Source of the DNA: Gammaproteobacteria bacterium
GTDB taxonomy: Bacteria; Pseudomonadota; Gammaproteobacteria; Eutrophobiales; Eutrophobiaceae
Assembly (NCBI GenBank): GCA_965243205.1
Contig: CBDEUK010000002.1
Location: 2,208,001 to 2,272,000, forward strand
DNA: 64,000 bases
Direction: 5' to 3'
This document shows, one piece after another, positions 1 through 9,792 of this stretch. Position numbers and translations under genes: made by a program. Position 1 is the first letter of the stretch. Each line of letters begins with the position of its first letter. The notes beneath the pieces were generated by a model. The model did not search any database. It saw nothing but the letters and a program-made list of their open reading frames with translations, and was not told the DNA's origin.

Positions 1-686
1 GATAATGAATCGGTATCATTAAATTTATTGAATGTCTCACGATTGATAACAAGAGAGTGTCCTGGCGCCAGTTTTTTGATTTGATTAAAAGGTGTGGAAG
101 TTGGAGAGAAATAACAATATCGGAAGTACGCTGATATTTCAGTCCAATCAAGGCTTAATTTTTTATTGATAGCAACTAATAAGCTATCCAATTCTGATGC
201 GAATACTAGACCTTCTTGATCAAGATAGTAGTAAAGCGGTTTTTCACCCAATCGGTCTCGAGTTAAAATTAATTGATCATCTTGATGATCATAAAGCGCA
301 ATTGCAAACATACCATGAAATTGTTCAATCGCATTATCGATACCCCATTGTTCAAATGCAGCGAGTATTATCTCGGTATCAGAATGGCCTTTAAATTTAT
401 ACCCATATGATTCAAGAGATTGCATAATGGATTTGAAATTATAAATCTCTCCATTGAAAACGATCGTAAATCGTTGAGAACTAGAATGCATGGGTTGGTG
501 ACCATGTTCGGAGAGGTCTTGTATGGCTAGTCTGCGGTGGCCGAGGCAGAGTTGTCCGTTATTACTGCTCCATATGCCATCACTATCGGGTCCACGATGT
601 ACTAATTTTTTCAGCATCTCTGAAACAGATGATTTATTTTTTTCAGGCGTGTTATCCGGACGCCATAAGCCAGTTAATCCACACAT
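1..686 (-). CDS. asnB: Asparagine synthase (glutamine-hydrolysing)-type amidotransferase, EPS-associated; 3' end runs off the window
   Basis: Manual translation from ATG at 686 gives MCGLTG...HRGPD...LGHRRLAIQDLS...QPM...VFNGEIYNF...SDTE...GMFA...RDRLGEKPLYY, the class II glutamine amidotransferase signature. Not in the ORF track because it has no stop inside the window. Confidence 0.92.
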   Translation of the reverse strand, partial: MCGLTGLWRPDNTPEKNKSSVSEMLKKLVHRGPDSDGIWSSNNGQLCLGHRRLAIQDLSEHGHQPMHSSSQRFTIVFNGEIYNFKSIMQSLESYGYKFKGHSDTEIILAAFEQWGIDNAIEQFHGMFAIALYDHQDDQLILTRDRLGEKPLYYYLDQEGLVFASELDSLLVAINKKLSLDWTEISAYFRYCYFSPTSTPFNQIKKLAPGHSLVINRETFNKFNDTDSL

Positions 687-859
687 GGTATTTTTTACTT
701 CTCTTACATAGAATGGGAAGATGTTATTTTAGTATGTACTACATTATATGCAGTCATGCAAAATTGTGAACTCGAGATGTAGTCATTTGTAATTTCATCT
801 TAAATAAAAACCGAGTTTATACAAGTTAATTCAATTTGTTTTGCTAAGTAGGAAAAAAT

Positions 860-1969
860 ATGGCTAAGACCATTTTATACGTTGCTTCAGGCACACCTTG
901 GGCTGGGGCAGAAATGCAAGTGTATACATTAATGGATGCAAGCAAAGATAAGCTTACAGTGAAAGCGGTTTTATTTAATGATGAAACATTAGCTGATAAA
1001 TTACGTGAGTGCGGTATTGAAGTATTTATCATCGATGAATCGAAATACGGACTTTTCAAAATGATTAAAGAGTTTTGTAATATCTTGACGGAAGTTAAAG
1101 TAGATTTAATCCATACGCACGGATACAAAGAAAATATCATAGGTAGTATTGCAGGTTTATTGAAAGGTATTCCAAGTGTGCGCACAGCACATGGGGATGA
1201 TGAATTTAAAGTTTCATTATGGGATCTTAAAAGAAGTATCCCAGCCCATTTAAATTTATTTTCAGGCCGTTTTTTGCAGAAAAAAATTATCAGTGTTTCT
1301 ACCGAGCTTAGGGAAAAGCTCGCAAAAAAATATCCTAAAAGTAAGATCAATGTTATACCCAATGGTTTAAATATCGATAAGGTTTCAGCAAAGGCCGAAC
1401 AGCTAATAAAAATACCTGGAAATTCTGAAAGTTTTAAACTGGTGTTCTTTGGGCGTCTGGTTACGTTAAAGCGTGTGGATCTGATACTAGAAACATACGC
1501 TTTATTGTTTCAGGCACATGGTTTGGACTATGAACTGTATATAGTTGGCGATGGTGTCGAAGCAGATTCTTTAAAGAAGTTAGCAGAGAGTTTAAATATA
1601 TTATCAGGAACTCATTTTCTAGGTCATCGTTTAGATGTGCATCACCTGATGCAGCAGATGGATTGTTTAATAATGGCATCAGATCATGAAGGCTTGCCGA
1701 TGACTATCTTAGAAGCGGTTGCATCAAAATTACCCATTGTTAGTCATGCTGTAGGTGAGATACCGAATGTACTTGATAATGGAAATTGTGGATATTTAGT
1801 TTATGAACAGAAACCGGAAAAATTTAAACAGGCCATTGAGAATTGTCGGACGAGTTCAAATACTAAGCAGATGGTTGATGATGCTCTAAGTAGATTAAGG
1901 CAACATTATTCGCATGAGAAAAATTCTCAGGCTCATGTCGAGCTTTATCATGAGGTTTTAAAGGCTTAG
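860..1969 (+). CDS. Glycosyltransferase family 4 (GT-B)
   Basis: N-terminal GAE motif, DLIHTHG, VIPNG, GRL..K, and EGLPMTILEA (E-x7-E). Confidence 0.9.
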   Translation: MAKTILYVASGTPWAGAEMQVYTLMDASKDKLTVKAVLFNDETLADKLRECGIEVFIIDESKYGLFKMIKEFCNILTEVKVDLIHTHGYKENIIGSIAGLLKGIPSVRTAHGDDEFKVSLWDLKRSIPAHLNLFSGRFLQKKIISVSTELREKLAKKYPKSKINVIPNGLNIDKVSAKAEQLIKIPGNSESFKLVFFGRLVTLKRVDLILETYALLFQAHGLDYELYIVGDGVEADSLKKLAESLNILSGTHFLGHRLDVHHLMQQMDCLIMASDHEGLPMTILEAVASKLPIVSHAVGEIPNVLDNGNCGYLVYEQKPEKFKQAIENCRTSSNTKQMVDDALSRLRQHYSHEKNSQAHVELYHEVLKA

Positions 1970-1970
1970 T

Positions 1971-3107
1971 TTAATCAGACTTTAAAATGCTTAACATCTT
2001 ATCGAGGTGTTTTTGTTTGACTAAACTGTGGACAGGTAATGTTAGCAGACGGTTTGCAAAATCAAGCGCATTCGGTAAGTCATCATATTCACATAGATGA
2101 GGCTCAGTCCCTGGTATATTCGGTAAAGTGTTATTGTATAACTTAGAAGCACCCAAACCTGATTGGTTGAATAAATCAAAGTTATGATCTCGACTTGTCT
2201 GATCTTCAAATAGTATCGGAAATCGTAATAATCTTTTCGTACGTTCTAAATATTTATTCGGCAAGGATATTATTTCATCAGGTAAGTTTTCTAAATGCGT
2301 TTGTAAGAAAAGTTGAGCTGTTGGTTCTCTACTAATGTGTTTTGAAATGTTTAAACCTAAGAATTTAGCTTTTATCTGCTCAAATTCGGATATTGATTGC
2401 AAAGGTTTGTAATTAGTTTGGCCTAATTTAAGTCCTGGAACGTAATTTAATAAACCATATAGCGCAGGATTTATTAAAGCGTTATAGAGCAGGCTTTTAA
2501 TTACGAAAGATGCTGAACCACTATCAATGAATTTTCTGCCGTATGTTTCTAATAAAGAGTTTATTTTAGAATTTTCTAGCAAGGTCTGACTGATAAGAGT
2601 TAGGCCACCACCTAACATCGAGATAGGTTTGCCACGCCCAAAACTTATCGAGATACAGTCTCCTGATAATGATGTATTCCCATTATTAAATTCAGGCCAC
2701 CATTGAGCATTATCTTCAATTAATAAGATATTGTGTTTTGACGCTAATGCTTTGAGCTCAGCCAAACGTTCTTCAATGCCTAAAAAGTTGACGGCAACTA
2801 TTGCAATAGTTCTATCATTGATTACAGATTCGATATGCTCTAGTGAAAAAGCAGTATTACTTATTTCTAAATCACTTAGTCGACATTTAGTATTTGCAAA
2901 GGCACATGCAGATACAAGGTCTGGGCAAGCATATCCAGGGATAATCACTTCGGCTTGTTCGATGGATTTTAATTGTTTCGCAACTAGAATCGATAATGCT
3001 AAAGCTGCAGTACCGCTTTGACACCAAATTGGTGAATAGCCATCAAATTTTGGTAATGATTCCGTTTGAAAACCAAACTGAACCCTGTTTCCAGCTGGGG
3101 CTAACAT
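1971..3107 (-). CDS. DegT/DnrJ/EryC1/StrS-family PLP-dependent sugar aminotransferase-like protein
   Basis: SGTAAL, IEDNAQ, SFGRGK (PLP lysine position), C-terminal LLTLPVH. Confidence 0.8.
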   Translation of the reverse strand: MLAPAGNRVQFGFQTESLPKFDGYSPIWCQSGTAALALSILVAKQLKSIEQAEVIIPGYACPDLVSACAFANTKCRLSDLEISNTAFSLEHIESVINDRTIAIVAVNFLGIEERLAELKALASKHNILLIEDNAQWWPEFNNGNTSLSGDCISISFGRGKPISMLGGGLTLISQTLLENSKINSLLETYGRKFIDSGSASFVIKSLLYNALINPALYGLLNYVPGLKLGQTNYKPLQSISEFEQIKAKFLGLNISKHISREPTAQLFLQTHLENLPDEIISLPNKYLERTKRLLRFPILFEDQTSRDHNFDLFNQSGLGASKLYNNTLPNIPGTEPHLCEYDDLPNALDFANRLLTLPVHSLVKQKHLDKMLSILKSD

Positions 3108-4249
3108 TAACGTTTAGAAGGTTGCCAAACGGTCATACGTTTACCAGTTAAAAATAACCACATTGAGTGAGCAATTGCGATATTAACTTGTACAAAGAAA
3201 TACATGATTTTTATTAATGCGTTGTCACGTAACTTAGGAATAAAGTGAGCAAGTAATACCAAACCATAGAATAGTAACTGACAAATAAAAATCGCCTTAA
3301 AACCCCAGTGCTGGCATAGAGTCAAAATATTACTCACAAATACTAGGAACATAAATACAGGTACAAGCCAGCGCATGAGTTTGTGGCTGAAGATTTGTAA
3401 GGCGAAAAAACCATATTTAAACGGGTTAAGTACTTCGATATGTCTCGCTAAACCTGTCATACCTCTAAGCACAGTTCTTACCTTACGCTGATATTCTTTT
3501 TTAGGATCGGAAAGATCTTTATAGAAACCTAATACATCCGGAGCTGTTACTGCTTTGTAGGATTTTTTAGCAGCATTTATGGCGGTATTGAAATCGCTAG
3601 GAGATGCAATATCCCATTCTTCTGTCACTTCTTTTCGACAGGAAAAGAACGAACCTGATAATCCAACTAAGCCTGCTAACATCGATTCTTGTTGTCTCAG
3701 CCACATTTCATATTTCACATACAATCCTTCTCCAGCCACGTTCCCGTCTTGGGAGATAAATCTATCTTCACTCGAAATAGCACCAATGTTTGGGTCAGAA
3801 TAATAACTAACTAGAGTCTTGATTGATTCAGCGGGGATTTGAGTAGCGACATCGGAAAATACAATAATTTCACCCTTAGCCTCGTTAATAGCACAGAGCT
3901 GCGCATTTTCTTTGCCTAGTCGTTCGTTGGCTCTAACCAGATTTATATTTTTGTCTTCAAATTTACGGATGAAGTCATCTGTACCATCATCAGAGCAGTC
4001 TGAGGCAAATATGATCTCAAGTTTGTCTTCGGGATAATCAATGTCTAATGTGTTATTAATTTTTTCTTCGATTCGGGCGATTTCGTTATAGCAGGTAATA
4101 ATCAAGCTTACTGAAGGGTATTCATTGGTATTTGCTTCTATCTGAACGGCTTTTCCAAATAGGGTATTTAAAATAAATAACACAATTGGATAGATGAAAT
4201 AACTATAAGCCGTGCAAAATAACAGAAGGAAAAAAATGGCTATTAACAT
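3107..4249 (-). CDS. Glycosyltransferase family 2 with N- and C-terminal TM helices
   Basis: PSVSLIITCYNE, SDCSDDGT, IIVFSDV, RKVR motif. Confidence 0.88.
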   Translation of the reverse strand: MLIAIFFLLLFCTAYSYFIYPIVLFILNTLFGKAVQIEANTNEYPSVSLIITCYNEIARIEEKINNTLDIDYPEDKLEIIFASDCSDDGTDDFIRKFEDKNINLVRANERLGKENAQLCAINEAKGEIIVFSDVATQIPAESIKTLVSYYSDPNIGAISSEDRFISQDGNVAGEGLYVKYEMWLRQQESMLAGLVGLSGSFFSCRKEVTEEWDIASPSDFNTAINAAKKSYKAVTAPDVLGFYKDLSDPKKEYQRKVRTVLRGMTGLARHIEVLNPFKYGFFALQIFSHKLMRWLVPVFMFLVFVSNILTLCQHWGFKAIFICQLLFYGLVLLAHFIPKLRDNALIKIMYFFVQVNIAIAHSMWLFLTGKRMTVWQPSKR

Positions 4250-4854
4250 GAGTATTTAACGTTTTTATTTTTAGTTGAGGTAATGTTATGGCTAGATTTT
4301 ATTAAGCTGTTTTTCTGTATTGAAGTATACCATTCATTTCGCCAACTACTGTTTTCAGGGTTAAAAATATTCATGTCGTTTTATTCAGCTATCTGTCTTC
4401 TTTTTGATACATCTTGGAAATCATGAATCAACGCATTATTTGTCCAGAAAGTGAGCTAATAATTGATAGCATCGCTTATATTTCTATATTAGGAAATTTT
4501 CATAAATAATCTATATAAAACAAATAGATAAATAGTATTTTTTAAAGTAAAATATAAAAATATTCTAATGGCAGATAAAGAATGCTGTTTCGATCTGATT
4601 GATTCGGTCAATCACCTAGAATTCATTAGCCATAATCTACTGAAATTTGGATTATAGATTGTCGCACAGTAGTGACAGAAGCCATTATTATGCTCTCAGT
4701 TAAGCTGTGATCAATTTCTAAAAAAACAAATTTGATAAAATCATTTCACTCAATGATGATATATTTTAACTCATTGAAATATATGGGTTAAATATAGATT
4801 TTTTTGGCGAAATAGTCCTTTTGAATAAACTGATTTTAATCAATTTTTATAAAT

Positions 4855-4869
4855 TGGCACATCGCTTGT
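4855..4869 (+). promoter_or_regulatory. Putative sigma54 (-24/-12) promoter of the EPS export operon
   Basis: TGGCAC-ATCGC-TTGT, one mismatch to TGGCAC-N5-TTGC, about 130 bp upstream of the sugar transferase gene. PEP-CTERM/EPS loci are known to be sigma54-associated. Confidence 0.55.
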
Positions 4870-4996
4870 TAGTGTATGGCAGATACTCTTGGGGAGTTAT
4901 CAGAAAATTATTCGAAATTACGATTAATAATTGTTCTTTCACTTTGTTCCCTGAATTTATGAAATAAATTTTTTGACAATGAGGTTATCACTCTAA

Positions 4997-6388
4997 ATGT
5001 TTAGAATATTTGGCCATTATGTACCAAAGGAATTATTTTTACTTTGCTCGACTGAAGTATTAGTACTTTTAGTTTCAGTCTATATTGGTATTAGTAATGG
5101 GTTAAACACGGCTTCAGGTGCGATGGCTATTACTATATGGGGATATGCTTCTGTTTTTAGCCTTGTGATGTTAACCATGATGGTTTCTATGGGTATGTAC
5201 CATAGAGTTAGCCAAGGTGGTTTTGTATCAACTTTCGGACGTATCGTACTAAGTTTTATTCTTGGTTCTATTCTGCTTGCGATTTTACTGGTGGCTTTTA
5301 GCGACGACAGTGTCGATAGTAAAGTCTTTGGGCTTGCTTTGGCTTGTTCGTTTATCAGCATAGTAGTTTGCCGCTTTATTTGGCAGTTGCGTACCGATCG
5401 TGTGATTAAGCAAAGAACGATTGTTATAGGAATAGGTAATAAGGCAAAAGAAATCGATAAATTAACCCGTTTATCTCAAGCAGGTATACGTATAGTAGGT
5501 TTTATCGATGCAGAACGTGATGGCAACAACTTAATTGGTGAAGATAAATTAATCGAAGTTGAATCTGATTTTTCTAATCTTCACGAAATTGTTAAGCGTA
5601 ATAAAATCAAGGAAATTGTTATCGCTCTAGATGAACGTCGAAATAAAATCCCTGCAGATGAAATACTCGAATGTAAGATGCGTGGTGTAAGGGTGGTCGA
5701 TGTAAATTATTTCCTTGAAAGACAACTGGGTAAAATTTCTTTAGATACGCTACATCCAAGCGCATTAATTTATTCGCAAGGGTTTGTCCAAGGTAAGGCA
5801 AAAGCGACTGTCAAACGTCTATTCGACATCATCGTTGCTAGTAGTATGTTAGTGGTTACTTTGCCATTAATGCTTTTAACCGTTATTGCGATAAAAATTG
5901 AGTCCGGGTTTAAAGGTTCGATATTCTATTTCCAAGAACGTGTTGGTTTGAATAATGAAGCATTCAAGATTTATAAATTCCGTAGCATGACAGAAAATGC
6001 GGAATCTAATGGCAAAGCCGTTTGGGCCCAGAAAAATGATAATAGGGTTACTAAGGTTGGTAACTTTATTCGTAAAACTCGAATTGACGAATTACCTCAA
6101 CTTTATAATGTGCTTAAAGGTAATATGAGTTTTGTCGGTCCTAGACCAGAGCGCCCACAGTTCGTTGATGAGTTATCAGAGCAAATTCCTTTTTATGGAC
6201 TTAGGCACCATGCTAAACCTGGTATAACAGGCTGGGCGCAAATCTGTTATCCATATGGAGCAAGTGTTGAAGATTCTAAGGAAAAATTGCAGTACGATTT
6301 GTACTATCTAAAGCACAATACAGTATTTCTCGATTTGCTTATCATGATGCAGACTGCCGCAGTAATATTTTTGGCAAAAGGTCGATAA
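4997..6388 (+). CDS. PEP-CTERM/XrtA-system polyprenyl glycosylphosphotransferase (initiating sugar transferase, TIGR03013-like)
   Basis: MFRIFGHYV start typical of the family; KRLFDI, YKFRSM, RIDELPQL, MSFVGPRPERP, KPGITGWAQI, YDLYY. Confidence 0.92.
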   Translation: MFRIFGHYVPKELFLLCSTEVLVLLVSVYIGISNGLNTASGAMAITIWGYASVFSLVMLTMMVSMGMYHRVSQGGFVSTFGRIVLSFILGSILLAILLVAFSDDSVDSKVFGLALACSFISIVVCRFIWQLRTDRVIKQRTIVIGIGNKAKEIDKLTRLSQAGIRIVGFIDAERDGNNLIGEDKLIEVESDFSNLHEIVKRNKIKEIVIALDERRNKIPADEILECKMRGVRVVDVNYFLERQLGKISLDTLHPSALIYSQGFVQGKAKATVKRLFDIIVASSMLVVTLPLMLLTVIAIKIESGFKGSIFYFQERVGLNNEAFKIYKFRSMTENAESNGKAVWAQKNDNRVTKVGNFIRKTRIDELPQLYNVLKGNMSFVGPRPERPQFVDELSEQIPFYGLRHHAKPGITGWAQICYPYGASVEDSKEKLQYDLYYLKHNTVFLDLLIMMQTAAVIFLAKGR

Positions 6389-6597
6389 TCCTCGCTCAAT
6401 ACATGCCAATTCAATATTGAATATCGCTCAAAGGAAATGAAGCCAGTTATATAGGTTCTTAAAACCATTACTTAAGCTATTGATCGATTGAATATCAGTT
6501 TACTCAATATGGGATTTATATTAGAGTGAAATTTGAAAATACGTTTATAAAACAAATACATTTTTACATCTACTTTCCAAAAAATGGAGATTCAGCT

Positions 6598-7239
6598 ATG
6601 AAGAACAACTGTTCATTTGTCCAGTTTGTTAAATATATTTCATTGGTTATTCCTTTAGTATTCGTTTCTGGATGTAACTCTTTTGGTACGGTTGCGGATG
6701 CTGATGCCACAAGTTATGTTGATTCAAGCGCTACCGATGCGTATGAGTACAAAATTGGTCCTGGAGATGCCTTGGATATCTTTGTCTGGCGTAACCCTGA
6801 TGTTTCTACCACAGGGGTCCCTGTTCGTCCTGATGGCCGTATTTCTGCGCCTTTAGTTGATAGCTTAATGGCTAGTGGTAAGACTCCAAGTCAGTTAGCC
6901 GGGGACATCGAAACCATACTTGCTGAATATATCCGTGATCCTTTGGTTACTGTGACGGTGAAAACCATACGTGGCGGTGTTGACCAGTTAGTTCGTGTGA
7001 TTGGTGAAGTAACCAAACCAGGCGCAATTCCTTATAGCCGTAATATGACAGTTTTGGATGTAATGTTGTCAGTTGGTGGGCTAACCGAGTTTGCTGCGGG
7101 TAACAGCGCAAAATTAGTTCGTGCAGATGGTTCTGAGTTTACAGTAAAACTAGATGATCTTCTGAAAGCTGGTCGTGTTAGTGCTAATACACAAGTTCTA
7201 CCTGGTGATGTCCTAATTGTTCCTGAATCGTTCTTCTGA
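6598..7239 (+). CDS. Polysaccharide export lipoprotein (Wza/EpsE-like, XrtA system)
   Basis: GGAGA RBS before ATG 6598; lipobox VSGC; YKIGPGDALDIFVWRNP, VRPDGRIS, SLBB domain. Confidence 0.88.
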   Translation: MKNNCSFVQFVKYISLVIPLVFVSGCNSFGTVADADATSYVDSSATDAYEYKIGPGDALDIFVWRNPDVSTTGVPVRPDGRISAPLVDSLMASGKTPSQLAGDIETILAEYIRDPLVTVTVKTIRGGVDQLVRVIGEVTKPGAIPYSRNMTVLDVMLSVGGLTEFAAGNSAKLVRADGSEFTVKLDDLLKAGRVSANTQVLPGDVLIVPESFF

Positions 7240-7280
7240 TTAATTCTTTTTGTTAATTAGAATTAGATTACCTATTTATT

Positions 7281-8903
7281 ATGCGTGAAATATACGAGCA
7301 AATACTGTCTATTTTTTGGATAACGGTGCACCATCGCTGGGTAGTGTTAACAACAGCTGCCCTTGTTTGTTTTATTGGCTGGGCGGTCGTGTACATCCTG
7401 CCTGATAAATACGAAGTCAAAGCAACAATATATTTCGATGAAGAAACGGCTCTGAGCCCTGTTTTAAAGGGTGTAGGCACGGAAAAATCTTCTGGAGACG
7501 AGAGGGCATCGATAATTCGAAGAACCTTAAAAAACCGTGCCAGTTTATTGAAAATTGTTGATGCCAGTGGTGTCGATGTTTCTGGTTATTCGGACAAAGC
7601 TCTAGAGAAGTTTTTACGTAAGCTGGTAAAAACGATCAATATTGATAATAAAGGTTTAAGTGATGGTGATGGGGGTAAAAGTGGAAACTTCTACACGATT
7701 AGTTTTTCTCACCGAGAGCCGCAGTTTGCTTATTCGGTTGTTAATTCAACATTAGAATTATTTATCGAAAAATTCATAAAAACCGGTACGAAAGAAAACA
7801 TTAAAGTTGAAGGCTTTTTGGATGAGAATATAGCGGAATATAAAGCCAAATTAGAAGCAGCTGAAGAAAAACTAAAGCAATTCAAGCAAAAACATCCTAA
7901 CTTGACTCAAGCAAAAGGCGAGGATTTCTTTTCAAGATTAAATGAAATCCGAACTAATATTGATACTGCCAAGATGAATTTAATTGAAGAGCAAAATAGA
8001 AATTTTACTCTGCGTAGTCAATTGAATCGAATTATCTCAGATAGTCAAAATACTGCTGGTGCTGAAATAAAAGCTAAAGAGTTGAGCTTGATTGAAAAAA
8101 GAATTCAAGATGCTAATCAAAAATTAACGGAACTGAAGCTACAATTCACAGAAAAGCATCCGGATGTTTTAGCGACAGAAAGAATTCTAAAACAGCTATA
8201 TGAACAAAAAAAGCAAGAAGATCTAAACCCTTCTCCAGTTTCAACAACCAGAAAAAGTTCTTCTTTAGTTAGTTCTGAACTTTACCAAAAATTGCAACTG
8301 AGTGTCAGTGAGTCGAATTCTAAGGTTTCTGCTTTAAGAGCCAGAATTTCTGAGTATGAAGTTAAACTGGATTCAATGAACAAGCAGATTACTATCATGC
8401 CTGAAATAGAATCTGAATTAGTACGCTTAACCCGTGACTATACTAATACTAAAGGAACTTATGATGAGTTGGTTAAAAGACGCTCATCATCGCAAATTTC
8501 AAGACAAGCGGAACAATCTACTCAAGATCTACAGTATCAAGTTTTGGATCCACCATCGATCCCTAAACAACCTACTTTTCCTAACCGTCGTTTATTAAGT
8601 ATTGCTGTATTTTTTGCAAGTTTTGCGATTGGTATTTTAATAGCGTGGTTATTAGAGCAGTTTTATCCAAAAATTTATCGCGAACAACAAATAGAAGACG
8701 AATTGGAATTAGAGGTCTATGGGAATGTGCCTATTTATTGGTCTAGTTCCGAACTTGCGGCAAGACGAGTAGGCAGCATTTTCTATGGCTTAATAGTATG
8801 TGGATTAGTTACCTGTTTAGCTTTCGTGTTGGATTATTATGACTTTTCTTTTACTCCTTATGTACAAATGATAAAGGATATAGTGAGTCCGGAGACCCTA
8901 TGA
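7281..8903 (+). CDS. Polysaccharide chain-length determinant (Wzz/Wzc periplasmic part, XrtA system)
   Basis: N-terminal TM plus PDKYE..A, long coiled coils, TEKHPDV, LTRDY, DPP..P..P..PNR, C-terminal TMs. Confidence 0.87.
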   Translation: MREIYEQILSIFWITVHHRWVVLTTAALVCFIGWAVVYILPDKYEVKATIYFDEETALSPVLKGVGTEKSSGDERASIIRRTLKNRASLLKIVDASGVDVSGYSDKALEKFLRKLVKTINIDNKGLSDGDGGKSGNFYTISFSHREPQFAYSVVNSTLELFIEKFIKTGTKENIKVEGFLDENIAEYKAKLEAAEEKLKQFKQKHPNLTQAKGEDFFSRLNEIRTNIDTAKMNLIEEQNRNFTLRSQLNRIISDSQNTAGAEIKAKELSLIEKRIQDANQKLTELKLQFTEKHPDVLATERILKQLYEQKKQEDLNPSPVSTTRKSSSLVSSELYQKLQLSVSESNSKVSALRARISEYEVKLDSMNKQITIMPEIESELVRLTRDYTNTKGTYDELVKRRSSSQISRQAEQSTQDLQYQVLDPPSIPKQPTFPNRRLLSIAVFFASFAIGILIAWLLEQFYPKIYREQQIEDELELEVYGNVPIYWSSSELAARRVGSIFYGLIVCGLVTCLAFVLDYYDFSFTPYVQMIKDIVSPETL

Positions 8904-9772
8904 GTATTATAGAAAAAGCTTTAGACAAACTTGATGTGACTGGCAGTCATCGTATTGTCAAAGAAGAAGTGCAGATTGGAAAAATTGTAGAAGAAACTCA
9001 TAGTGGTAATACTCATGTGGGAGATATTACGAAAGATATTCCTGCAATAAAATCCCGCCGCATTGATCTAGATATTGGGTTGTTAGAGAAAGAAGGATAT
9101 TTAACTCCTAATACCAAGAACCGTATCATGTTTGAACAATATAGACGCATCAAATTACCAGTCCTGCGTACAGCTTTTGAAGGTAAAGACGGCAGAAAGA
9201 ATATTATTATGATTACCAGTTCTCTTGAGGGAGAGGGGAAATCTTTCACTGCAATGAATTTGGCCATGAGTGTTGCCTATGAATACAATCAAACAGTGCT
9301 TCTTATTGATGCCGATATCGTAAAGAAACAAACGAGCTCTGTACTAGGTTTAAAGGAAGAGTCCGGTCTTATTGATTATCTGACCGATAAATCACCTAAT
9401 TTAAGTGATTTGATACTAACGACAAATATCCCAAATCTAAATATTTTACCAGCAGGGGTGGATTCAGACAGAATTACTGAATTATTCAATAGTAAAAAAA
9501 TGAGCCATCTGGTGAATGAGTTATCAAACAGGTATGATGACAGGCTAATTATTCTGGATGCACCGCCATTATTACAAGAAACATCTTCAGATGCCCTAAA
9601 AAAATTGGTTCACCAGATAATATTCGTTATTGAAGCAGAAAAAACGCCGTTACACATCATTCAGACTGCAAAAGAAATAATTAAAGATAATGAAAATGTT
9701 GGAGTTGTATTAAATAAAAGCAATCAATATATCGATACTGCTAAGACATATGGTTACGGCTATGGCAATTAA
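8900..9772 (+). CDS. XrtA-associated tyrosine autokinase (CpsD/CapB)
   Basis: MSIIEKAL start, Walker A SSLEGEGKSF, LLIDAD, IILDAPP, C-terminal YGYGY cluster. Confidence 0.9.
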   Translation: MSIIEKALDKLDVTGSHRIVKEEVQIGKIVEETHSGNTHVGDITKDIPAIKSRRIDLDIGLLEKEGYLTPNTKNRIMFEQYRRIKLPVLRTAFEGKDGRKNIIMITSSLEGEGKSFTAMNLAMSVAYEYNQTVLLIDADIVKKQTSSVLGLKEESGLIDYLTDKSPNLSDLILTTNIPNLNILPAGVDSDRITELFNSKKMSHLVNELSNRYDDRLIILDAPPLLQETSSDALKKLVHQIIFVIEAEKTPLHIIQTAKEIIKDNENVGVVLNKSNQYIDTAKTYGYGYGN

Positions 9773-9792
9773 TAAGGAAACTATTAAAGAAA

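Noticed and set aside
197-711. Short plus-strand ORFs 197-394 and 523-711
   Set aside because: Antisense shadows of the asnB-like gene on the minus strand. The same applies to the many short ORFs in the track that are nested in or opposite long recognised genes.
4250-4996. Possible small ORF or ncRNA in the 750-bp intergenic region; FNR-like CTGAT-N4-ATCAA at 4830-4843
   Set aside because: Only a ~39-codon ORF with no recognisable features; the FNR-like match is imperfect in very AT-rich DNA and overlaps a plausible IHF position.
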